Shown here in pieces: positions 41,661-53,400 of a stretch of 64,000 nt of DNA; the stretch's first letter is position 1, and every line of letters starts with the position of its first letter. The notes beneath the pieces were generated by a model. The model saw only the letters and a program-made list of their open reading frames with translations. It made no database searches and was not told where the DNA came from. Both the position numbers and the translations under genes were made by a program. Source of the stretch: Macrostomum lignano (lineage: Eukaryota); the NCBI GenBank assembly GCA_002269645.1, contig NIVC01001224.1, positions 16,932-80,931 on the forward strand, given 5' to 3'.

Positions 41661-42274
41661 TCTCCTCTCCAGATATACTGTCACTATCAGTTGTCGGAGC
41701 ATAAATCCTAAAAAATAGTAAATTCATTTTTAAATTCAATCTTTAGAAGTACAGGCAACTCTTTAAAGAAGAACTCTTAAAAAAATTGATTGTTGTAAAT
41801 CATTAATTGACTTATATTGTATTTTAAAAATGTATTTCCCTATATTATCATTTATGAATTCTACTAAAATAGCTTCACTTAGTACCAACTCTTAGTTTTG
41901 TCAATTTTTACATTAGTTAAAATTTATATGATCGAAAAGTGCATAACAGTACGGTATTTCTATTGCAGAGCCTGGCCACAGGTAAGCGGTGATGACGCAA
42001 AGTGCTCGATCTGTGCTGGCTAGAGCTTTTGAGTCTATACTATTGACTCTGTTTGAGCTGAGCACGGATAAACTGAGATTTGCTGGCTGCACACATTAGC
42101 TAAAGCCCTCCCATCCATGCCTGCTTAAAGCAAACAGTTAGAGCTACAGGCACTGATAAGACTTGGCAGTAAGCCTTTCAAGCCTTCAGCCTTGGCCCTT
42201 TCAGTCAAATTCGCGTAACAACATCATGCTCGGTGGAGTTGTCACGCGGCCTCTCATTGGCCTGATTTTAGTCT

Positions 42275-42950
42275 CTCTAGAGTCTCTCTTCATGAGAACA
42301 CCATCCCTGAGAGTCTCTCTTCATGAGAACACCATCCCTGAGAGTCTCTCTTCATGAGAACACCACCCCTGAGAGTCCCTCTTCATGAGAACACCATCCC
42401 TGAGAGTCTCTCTTCATGAGAACACCATCCCTGAGAGTCTCTCTTCATGAGAACACCACCCCTGAGAGTCTCTCTTCATGAGAACACCACCCCTGAGAGT
42501 CTCTCTTCATGACAACACCATCCCTGAGAGTCTCTCTTCATGAGAACACCATCCCTGAGAGTCTCTCTTCATGAGAACACCATCCCTGAGAGTCTCTCTT
42601 CATGACAACACCATCCCTGAGAGTCTCTCTTCATGACAACACCACCCCTGAGAGTCTCTCTTCATGACAACACCACCCCTGAGAGTCTCTCTTCATGAGA
42701 ACACCACCCCTGAGAGTCTCTCTTCATGAGAACACCATCCTTGAGAATCTCTCTTCATGAGAACACCATCCCTGAGAGTCTCTCTTCATGAGAACACCAC
42801 CCCTGAGAGTCTCTCTTCATGAGAACACCACCCCTGAGAGTCTCTCTTCATGAGAACACCACCCCTGAGAGTCTCTCTTCATGAGAACACCATCCCTGAG
42901 AGTCTCTCTTCATGAGAACACCATCCCTGAAAGCCTCTCTTTATGAGAAT
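42275..42950. repeat. 31-bp tandem repeat, ~21 copies
   Basis: Unit ctcttcatgagaacaccatccctgagagtct. Confidence 0.95.
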
Positions 42951-43789
42951 TATTGACGAAAAGTCTCAACCTGAGAATTTCGTACTTTCATCGTCCTGGG
43001 AGAATATTTATATTGATAATCTCATCCTGAGAATATGTGCGGCAGCAGTTGTTATATTTTAAGATTGCGCCCTCAGCATTAACCAGGTTCAGTCGCATAA
43101 CTGCTGAGGTTCCAGCGGTTTGAATGGAAAAGATCCGATCAAAGAAGAGGCTGACAGATTTCCATACAGTAGCAACCGATTGACAGGGCAGATGTCTGAA
43201 AACTGCGCTGGCCTACATACGGGATACGAGATTAGCATAGCTGAGTAAGGTAAGACTGTCCTATTAACTGCACAATACTGACTCATTTATCCTGTTTGCC
43301 GGGCGCGCCTGCGGACGCATAAATAATCAGTCTTAATCGAGCCTCTACATGCGTTTGCACTGGAAAGATTTAGGGCCAGTGAGAGAAATATGCCTGTAGT
43401 CAGCAGCATGAGCCTGCGGGCCTGAACTCAACCCAGATTCTCATACCGGTTAATTTCATAATGAAATGGAGGGAACGATCGCGTATGGAAAGATGGGAGG
43501 AATACTTTGCAAATTTCATTAGCTTAGGTAGCTGCTGGTCATAATAAGTAGGGTTGGAGTCCTATGAGACTATAAAACTGTCGCTGACTCAAACACTGCC
43601 ATTATTAATGGGTAGTCTGGGTTGCACTTATTATGTGCTATAAACTATGCATGCACGTTCAGTTTAAAATAAAACATAATTCCCAATGCATAAATTTAGA
43701 GAGTTTTGTTTTCTAAACGGATTTTGCAAAGATCTGTGCTTTTGTTTAACCTCAACATTTTTGGTATAATAAGAATTGAGATGCGTCTT

Positions 43790-44385
43790 AGGACACCCTC
43801 CACCTCAGCCTTGCGACACTCTCCACCTCAGCCTTGAGACATCCTCCACCTCAGCCTTGCGACACCCTCCACCTCAGCCTTGAGACACCCTCCACCTCAG
43901 CCTTGAGACACCCTCCACCTCAGCCTTGCGACACCCTCCACCTCAGCCTTGGGGCACCCTCCACCTCAGCCTTGAGACACCCTCCACCTCAGCCTTGAGA
44001 CACCCTCCACCTCAGCCTTGAGACACCCTCCACCTCAGTCTGAAGACACCCTCCACCTCAGCCTTGGGGCACCCTCCACCTCAGCCTTGGGGCACCCTCC
44101 ACCTCAGCCTTGAGGCACCCTCCACCTCAGCCTTGCGACACCCTCCACCTCAGCCTTGCGACACCCTCCACCTCAGCCTTGAGACACCCTCCACCTCAGC
44201 CTTGAGACACCCTCCACCTCAGTCTGAAGACACCCTCCACCTCAGCCTTGGGGCACCCTCCACCTCAGCCTTGGGGCACCCTCCACCTCAGCCTTGAGGC
44301 ACCCTCCACCTCAGCCTTGCGACACCCTCCACCTCAGCCTTGAGACACCCTCCACCTCAGTCTGGAGACACCCTCCACCTCAGCA
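43790..44385. repeat. 23-bp tandem repeat, array 1
   Basis: Unit caccctccacctcagccttgaga. Confidence 0.95.
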
Positions 44386-44942
44386 CATAACTACGACTTT
44401 AGTTGCTTGTTTGTCTCAGTGTGCCAAAAATGGAAAAGCTTTATGGCGACAAGGGATATTCAGTCAGCCGCTCGCAAAGCTTGCGAGTGCTTTAGCTGTC
44501 CATGCCGGGACAAGCTCTCATTCAATACATGTTTATGCAACACCCATAAATGGAGCTATCACGTGACTTTTGAAAGTACACAGGTGCTTGAGCTGGCTGA
44601 TAGAGCAGTTTACTTGGCAGTGCGGAGGTTCTAGATGGATCAGTCTTGTGTCATATGCAGGTACCAGCACTTTGATGGGGTATTTATCAGTCTCTGGAAA
44701 TTTCTAGAAAAGCCTGTTTGCCTGTTTACAATTGAAAACAATTTTTGAGTACTAATAGTAAAAAGAGTATTTTAAGTACTGAAATCAATAAGTAAAATAA
44801 ATATTATCTAGATATTATAGAAAAAATGAGGCAGGGCAACTTAGTGGTAAACGCGTCTGACTTGTGTCACACCAAGGCACACAGAGTGTACATGCCTGAC
44901 CAATTAGAAAGTCAGGGCCACTGTACGTGAGCGTGTGTTTAT

Positions 44943-45235
44943 AGCCTAGTGGTTAGAGCGTCGGACTTACGACTTGATGGTCCGGGGTTCGATTCCCGAT
45001 CCCACTGGAACAATTTGTGTCCTTAAGCAAGACAACTAACTCTGCATTGCTTCAGTTCACCCAGCTGTAAAATGGGTGCCAGCATTAGCTGGGGTAATTG
45101 AGGGTGTGTGGTGACCCCCAACAGCCGTACGCAGCCTTCAGATGCGCCGCGCAATAGCTGCGGCTGAGCTGTCGGTTGCGCATCTGCCCAATAGGGCAGG
45201 TGTAATCAATTATTATTATTGATTAATAATTAATT
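44943..45235 (+). mobile_element. tRNA-derived CORE-like SINE, copy 2
   Basis: A box tagtggttagagc, B box ggttcgattcc, CORE-like segment, 3' hairpin ctgccc-aata-gggcag and (att)n tail. Confidence 0.85.
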
Positions 45236-46169
45236 AAGTGCTTGTGTACAGTATTGGCGCGCTTGCAGGTGCTCGGGAGTCAGCGGAATGGGCTGAATTG
45301 CCTCAGCGCTGGTTGTGGAACCACGTCGCCAAGGCGTTGCGCCAGGGTGCCCTCAGCCCTCCGCAGGTAAAAAAAGGTGTTTATAAGGCCAAAGATTCAA
45401 AACTCGTCTTCAATTCTGTCTGTTTAAAACTTAAGTTGTTCTATTATAAAAAATAAATAAACAGAAGTGGGAGATGGCATTTAAACATGTGAGTTAAGGA
45501 ACTCAGTTGATTTTTCATAAAAATCATTTATTATTCAAAGCCAACTTTTAGTTTAACGTCATCAAGTGGATACAAAAATTTTATATTAAAAACCTTTTTA
45601 TGATCTACGCTACTGAAAGTAGCGCTCTCGCATATTGTTGCGAAACAAATGAAACAAGCGGAAACAGCTTAGAGACAGTTTTCACCATAGATTAAATTTT
45701 TCGAGGTGAGCACACCCGTGTCTATCCAGCAACTAGGGGCAGGTTACTTCATACATGTACATGGATCTTTGCACTATAAAAATGTGTAGAGCTAAATTGT
45801 TATCACAAAATTTGATGGCAAATAATTGGCTGATTAAAGTTTATGCATGTACCAATAGGCAATCAAGCTAATAGGTTTATAAAAACAGATTACGTTAAGG
45901 GGTTAGAACAAAAATATTAATAAATTCCAGTAAAGTATCAATAATTGTCTTGAAATATTACTTCAGACTGTGGTTTCTGCCACTATTTATTAACTTTCTG
46001 CGTTGCTCCAGCAGACTTAGGAGGTGACTTTGATGTCGTCTGAAATAATGAAGTAATGCCTCAACTTCAAGATACACATAATAAACGAAATGAGACACCT
46101 GCTTCAGAATTTGGACACATTCAGGCTCGATAGACGAGCTAATCTTTTTAGCCTGTGAGGCACCTTTGG

Positions 46170-47450
46170 ATTCAGCCTTGCGACACCCTCCACCTCAGCC
46201 TTGAGACACCCTCCACCTCAGCCTTGAGACACCCTCCACCTCAGCCTTGAGACACCCTCCACCTCAGCCTTGAGACACCCTCCACCTCAGCCTTGAGACA
46301 CCCTCCACCTCAGCCTTGAGGCACCCTCCACCTCAGCCTTGCGACACCCTCCACCTCAGCCTTGAGACACCCTCCACCTCAGCCTTGAGACACCCTCCAC
46401 CTCAGCCTTGAGACACCCTCCACCTCAGCCTTGAGACACCCTCCACCTCAGCCTTGAGGCACCCTCCACCTCAGCCTTGCGACACCCTCCACCTCAGCCT
46501 TGAGACACCCTCCACCTCAGCCTTGAGACACCCTCCACCTCAGCCTTGAGACACCCTCCACCTCAGCCTTGAGGCACCCTCCACCCCAGCCTTGCGACAA
46601 CCTCCACCTCAGCCTTGAGACACCCTCCACCTCAGCCTTGAGGCACCCTCCACCTCAGCCTTGCGACACCCTCCACCTCAGCCTTGAGACACCCTCCACC
46701 TCAGCCTTGAGACACCCTCCACCTCAGCCTTGAGAAACCCTCCACCTCAGCCTTGAGACACCCTCCACCTCAGCCTTGAGACACCCTCCACCTCAGCCTT
46801 GCGACACCCTCCACCTCAGCCTTGCGACACCCTCCACCTCAGCCTTGAGACACCCTCCACCTCAGCCTTGAGACACCCTCCACCTCAGCCTTGCGACACC
46901 CTCCACCTCAGCCTTGCGACACCCTCCACCTCAGCCTTGAGACACCCTCCACCTCAGCCTTGAGACACCCTCCACCTCAGCCTTGAGACACCCTCCAACT
47001 CAGCCTTAAGACACCCTCCACCTCAGCCTTGAGACACCCTCCACCTCAGCCTTGAGACATCCTCCACCTCAGCCTTGAGACATCCTCCACCTCAGCCTTG
47101 AGACACCCTCCACCTCAGCCTTGAGACATCCTCCACCTCAGCCTTGAGACATCCTCCACCTCAGCCTTGAGACATCCTCCACCTCAGCCTTGAGACACCC
47201 TCCACCTCAGCCTTGAGACATCCTCCACCTCAGCCTTGAGACATCCTCCACCTCAGCCTTGAGACATCCTCCACCTCAGCCTTGAGACACCCTCCACCTC
47301 AGCCTTGAGACATCCTCCACCTCAGCCTTGCGACACCCTCCACCTCAGCCTTGAGACACCCTCCAACTCAGCCTTAAGACACCCTCCACCTCAGCCTTGA
47401 GACACCCTCCAACTCAGCCTTGAGACATCCTCCACCTCAGCCTTGAGACG
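46170..47450. repeat. 23-bp tandem repeat, array 2 (~55 copies, same unit as 43790-44385)
   Basis: Unit caccctccacctcagccttgaga. Confidence 0.96.
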
Positions 47451-47466
47451 CCTCTTCTTTAGCCAT

Positions 47467-50400
47467 CTAGCACCCTCGGCCCTTCGTTTTATCAAGAGAC
47501 ACGACCCACCACCCCGATACCAAGCAGAACACCCGCCGCAACCTACCCATGCTGATGCTCTTAGTCGGATATCCGCCAGACGCGATGTTCTGATCCTCAG
47601 CAGATGAAGATTTCTCCCTGCTCACCCGGCAGACTTGCACCACTTTGCGCACATACAGACACAGCAGCACTGCCCCGGCGGCTACCAGGTTAGCAACGAA
47701 GATGGCCGGATCGCGCCACTTATAGCCGGTGAGGGTGGACACGCAGCCCCAGCACAGCTGAGCACCTGCGCAGAACAGCAGGCCGAGGGCCACCTGACGC
47801 GAGTCGGTCAAATCGGCGTCCCAGCTGAGCAGCGAGTACACCACGGCAGCCACCAGCAGGCCGGCCGGGTACAGGCAGCTGAGCGCCAGGCCTTCGTCGT
47901 AGAAACTCGACGGGCTGCAACGGCTCCAGGCGACGCCTTCGTAAGCGACCAGCTCGACGCTGTCCGGCCGCTGCAGGATCAGCCACTCGGTGCCGAGCAT
48001 GGCCGACACCAGGCAGATGCAGATGGACAGGCCCAGCAGGCTGACCGGGTGGCTCAGGCCGGTGAAGGATGGACCTTCGCCTGGGGAGCCGGCCGCCCTG
48101 TAGATGGTCCAGTTCACCACGCTGCGCACCAGCAGGCTGGCGTAGACGATGCAGTAGACCAGGGAGAGGCCGAACCGCCGGATGGTGCACACCACCGGGG
48201 TGGCGTGGGCGATGAACGCGATGTTGATGGCGAAGATGAGCAGGATGCCGACTAGGCATGCGAAGCCGAGATAGTTGGTGCCGGCCGTGCCCTGCACTTT
48301 GCGGGGAAACGCGTAGGCCAAGAAGCCGATGGCGACCAGGGTCACCAGGGCGCCAAGGGTGGTCAGCGCCAGCAGCACGGCGCCCCACGGGGTTCGAGCC
48401 CGGTCCCACACGTCCGGCTTGGGCAGCAGGGCCAGTGGGTCGCCTGAGTCGCCAGGACAGCCGCAGTCAACGCCGGTCGGACAGGCGGACGACGGAGTGG
48501 CGGCCAGCTCGCTGCCATCGGGACCGTAGGTGGCCAGGCTGAAGAGTGCGGTGAGGGCACCGATATGTAGCGATGCTGATAGTGTGTCTCAATAGGCTGA
48601 TAGTGTGTCTCAATATGCTGATAATGTGTCTCAATAGGCTGATAGTGTGTCTCAATATGCTGATAATGTGTCTCAATATGCTGATAATGTGTCTCAATAT
48701 GCTGATAATGTGTCTCAATATGCTGATAATGTGTCTCAATATGCTGATAATGTGTCTCAATATGCTGATAATGTGTCTCAATATGCTGATAATGTGTCTC
48801 AATATGCTGATGGTGTGTCTGAAAATGCTGATAGTATTGAATGGCAGGATTGTTCGCTGGGGTCGGAAAATTCAGGCTTCGTGAGGCGAGATTAGAATTC
48901 CGTCAGCCAATCAAAATCTAGATAGAGGGAGTGAGGTGGGTGAATGTACAGGGCAGGGAGGGGCATAATGTCGAAGTGACGTAATCACGGAATTCTAAAA
49001 ATAGAATCGTACTCACCTCTGGCCAGCTTGAGGCACGTATCTATTGCGCCAATAGCCAATTTTATTATAGACATATCCGGAGCCCGACCGGACAAAATTG
49101 AGCACATCGTAGCCCCGATCTCCGTAGCCATCTGTAGTGAACCGGAACAGCAGGCTGTCGTTGCCTAGCCGGCCCTGCAGCACCCGCCACTGCGCGTTGC
49201 TAATATAGCGGTAGATAGTTGCCAGGCGAGTGGCCGCCGGCATCCGGTACAGGCACACATCCGTTGCCGTCGTGCCGCATTCAGCCCGCTGGAAATCGGC
49301 GACACCTTTGGCGGCGATGAATGCGGACAGGATGGTGGAGTAGGTGCCGCCGTTCTGGGTCAGCGCGCCCGCTGGCAGGCTGCCGCTCGGGTCGCAGACG
49401 GTGGCGTACTGAGTCTGGATCACCGAGCTGCCCGTGAGACGGCACTTCAGCGTGTGCTGCCAGAATTCCTGTGGTGAGCGAGAGAGTTCAGTGTGGGCGT
49501 TAGGGTTAGGATTCTCCAAGATTGGCAGAGCCCATTCATGTATACTCGTGGCGATTGAGGAGAAAAAATTGCCATTTAATACTAGTTGGGATTTTGGCTC
49601 TCAATGAGCTCTGCCTCTCCCCTATCAGCCTCTCTTTTTCCTCCCTCCCTCTCCCCTATCTACCTCTCTCTTTCTCTCTCCCCTCTCTCTCTCTCCCGTC
49701 AGCCAATTAGAATCAAGATTGATGGAGTGAGGTGGGTGAATGTACAGGGCAGGGAGGAGCATAGCAGGGAGAGGCATAGCCCCTCTCTTTCTCTCTCCCT
49801 CTCTCCTCTCTTCCTCTCTCCTTCTCTCTCATCTTTTTCTTCTGTATCACCCTACACCTATCCCCTGTAAGTTCTCACTTCTACCGAGAGAGAGAGAGAG
49901 AGCGGTCTGGTAGAGACCCCACACGCTTGAAACCGGATGCCTTTGAAAATTTAATCTTTTTAAAAAAATGCAACTTTGACACATCGTGACCTCCTCCCTC
50001 ACCTCCAGCCAGTCCACCGGGATGCCCTTCCGTCTGGCCGGCGCCAGTCCGATCTCGGCCACCCAGCGGTCCAGATCGGGTACAGTGAAGTAGGTCTGGC
50101 GCAGGGTCACGGCTCCCAGTGCCGCCGACTCCAGTCCTTGCACCACGGACATCTTGTCCGCCCAGCTGTCCAAGCCGAGCAGTACAAATCGGCCCTGCAG
50201 GCCGAGCTCGCGCACCGCGGTCAGCAAGGTGCGCAGGTCCTGCTCGGGCAGGTAGGCGATCAGCGCGTTGACGTACGCCATCCGGCTTGCCGACTGCAGC
50301 GCCGCTTTGGCCTCGGCCAGGCTGATCGCCGATCCGGCAGCGCCGGCGCCGATGTACTTCATGCAAACCGACTGGCTGCCGTTGCGACGGGCGATCGCCG

Positions 50401-53400
50401 CTTCGAAGGCCGCCTTGCCGGCCAAGCCGAACGGGGTGGTGTCGTGGATGAGGGACACCACCGACCAGTTGTAGCTGCTGGCCACGTCTAGGAGGGCGTC
50501 GATCTGGCGGTTGGCATTGGGGATGTGGGTGAGCAGGTGGTTGAATGTGGGTGAGCAGGTGGTTGAATGTGGGTGAGCAGGTGGTTGGATGTGGGTGAGC
50601 AGGTTGTTAATGTGGGTGAGGAGGTTATAAATGTGGGTGAGCAGGTTGTTGGATGTGGGTGAGCTGGTTGTTAATGTGGGTGAGGAGGTTATAAATGTGG
50701 GTGAGCAGGTGGTTGGATGTGGATGAGCAGGTGGTAGATTTTGAGACAGAGGTTAATGAAAGTGCTTATGTAGACTACTTTATCGCTAATCTCGACTACT
50801 TCTAGTATAAGAATACGAATATTATGACCCGAAAAAATCGCTCCTTACCTGCACACTATCCGGCGGCACCACCCGCAGGAATCTCGGGTAAAATGCTCGA
50901 CTGCTCAATGAAATCGCGGTGGCATCCGGCGACACCACGGTGGAGTCTGGCACGACGGTTGCCAGTCTGGCGCTGACCGCCGAACCGTCGGTGAGATAAG
51001 CGACGGCGGTCAGCGGGCCGACAAGTTCGGTGAAGCCGGCGTAGCCGCAGATGCCGGTGCCGGACGTGTAGGAGAAGGCGAAGGTGGCCGCCCGAGCCTC
51101 CGACTGGCAGACATCGATGCTAAGGCCGCCGAATTTGAAGCCGGAGACGTCGGGGTCGCTGTTGTTGTTGATGAGGTCGATGGCGTAGTGGAAGGCCAGG
51201 AGGTTGTTGAAGCCGGACTGCAGGTTCATGGGGCCGCACAGGGATGCGGACCGGCTGCCGTGGACTGACAGGAACTGCACGAGGTTCAGGTCCATGCTGC
51301 TGGAGTTCACCTGCATGTACACGGAGCTGGCGGCGGGGTGAGGGTTGGTCTGAATAAGATGGGCGTGATTCAGATAGCGGTAGATATCCAGATTGACATC
51401 TGATGGCATAAGGTGTCTGCCGGTTTTTCAAGATGTCAGTTTGGCGGTGTATGATGTCAGTGGGGGTGTATGATGTCAGTGGGGGTGTATGATGTCAGTG
51501 GGGGTGTATGATGTCAGTGGGGGTGTATGATGTCAGTGGGGGTGTATGATGTCAGTGGGGGTGTATGATGTCAGTGGGGGTGTATGATGTCAGTGGGGGT
51601 GTATCATGTCAGTGGGGGTGTATGATGTCAGTGGGGGTGTATGATGTCAGTGGGGGTGTATGATGTCAGTGGGGGTGTATGATGTCAGTGGGGGTGTATG
51701 ATGTCAGTGGGGGTGTATGATGTCAGTGGGGGTGTATGATGTCAGTGGGGGTGTATGATGTCAGTGGGGGTGTATGATGTCAGTGGGGGTGTATCATGTC
51801 AGTGGGGGTGTATGATGTCAGTGGGGGTGTATGATGTCAGTGGGGGTGTATGATGTCATTAGGAGTTGTATGATGTCAGAGAGTGATGTAGGATGTCAGT
51901 GGGTGGTGTAGGATGTCAGTTGGTGGTGTATGATGTCAGTGGGTGGTGTATGATGTCAGTGGGGGTGTATGATGTCAGTGGGTGGTGTATGATGTCAGTG
52001 GGTGGTGTATGATGTCAGTGGTGATGTAGGATGTCAGTGGGTGGTGTAGGATGTCAGTTGGTGATGTAGGATGTCAGTGGGTGGTGTATGATGTCAGTGG
52101 GTGGTGTATGATGTCAGTGGTGATGTATGATGTCAGTGGTGATGTAGGGTGTCAGTGGGTGGTGTATGATGTCAGTGGTGATGTAGGATGTCAGTGGGTG
52201 GTGTATGATGTCAGTGGGTGGTCTATCCACATTCTTATAAATTCCCCATAGCAACCAATTAGACGGGAGTACTCACAGGTTGCGCCCCAGATTCGGGCAG
52301 ACGGTGTCGCAGGAGCCGGCCAGGCTGCAGTTGCTGGTCCAGGCCAGGCTGAAGTCGCTGCGCAGTTTTAGCAGTGCCGTATCGTTGTAGGCGCCGACGC
52401 TGGAATAGAAGAAGCCCGATGATGTGGTGCGCAGCTCGTAGATGTGGTAGCCCCGGTTGCTGTCGCCGGCCGCGTTGACGGTGAAGTTCAAATTGGTGGC
52501 GTCGACGAACACGGCCGACCGGATGCCGCTCTGCACCCACTGGCGCTTCTCGCCGGAGCCGTAGAAGTCGCTGCAGATGCCGTTGTAGTCCGGACCGCAG
52601 ATGCGCAGCAGAGCCGTGTGGATGCCCAGCGCGGTGGAGTAGACAGCGTTCACAACATAGAGGGCCAGTGAGTCCTGCGGGTGTCCACGGCGGGGCGGGG
52701 ATTCTTTTATTTCTTTTATTCGCAATTCCTTTCAATCAAAAAAGTTTACAGCTCTTTCAAAATGGCATCAGTTTCTTTCAATTTGTTTTCGGTAAATAAA
52801 AAAGTTGAAAATGAGCCGACAATTGGATGTTGTCGATATCATACCCAGTTTAACGTGTTAAAGATCAGACACAGAACTCCAAATTCTCCTAAGCTTTTGA
52901 AGACAAGATCATAAACTGTATGTTTTAAAAACTCTCTCTAGGACTGCCGTCTAGAGTAATGAACTGCAGTTCCGTGAAGTCTGTTAATTCAATCGCTCTT
53001 TAGACTTGGAGGAGGAAGATGACGTAATGTGAGGGCTGTCACTGACTATTAAACTTCAACTCACCTTGTGCCCTGCTTAACGCGCAAAATGTGCATCTCA
53101 CTTATGCATACATCATGTACTTTCTACCCAAACTTTTACCAATCGCTCAAATATCGTTTTATACCATTTAGTATTTAAATACTTGTATCTCTCTAAAACA
53201 AGTCTTAACGGTGTCGCGTCACCCTTTTCGAACAAACGTTCAATTGCAGATCCAGGAGAGGGTCACAAAAAGGTCAGCTGACCCCCTTGCCGGGAAAAAT
53301 CCTAGATCAGCCCGTACAAACTTTGAGATATTTATTGAAGCAACTTTGGGTTTGATATCAATATATGACACTAGAATGACAAAATGGGTCGTTGTGTTGA

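Noticed and set aside
44943-45015. Possible tRNA genes at the heads 44943 and 62483
   Set aside because: The anticodon and acceptor stems do not pair properly, and both continue into the same SINE body.
45300-45358. Candidate last exon of the GPCR on the minus strand (GLRAPWRNALATWFHNQR*)
   Set aside because: It needs a rare GAG acceptor, and splice signals are better on the opposite strand.
53246-53311. Tiny inverted repeat gcagatccagga...tcctagatcagc
   Set aside because: Only 10 of 12 bases match and there is no TSD; too weak to call a MITE.
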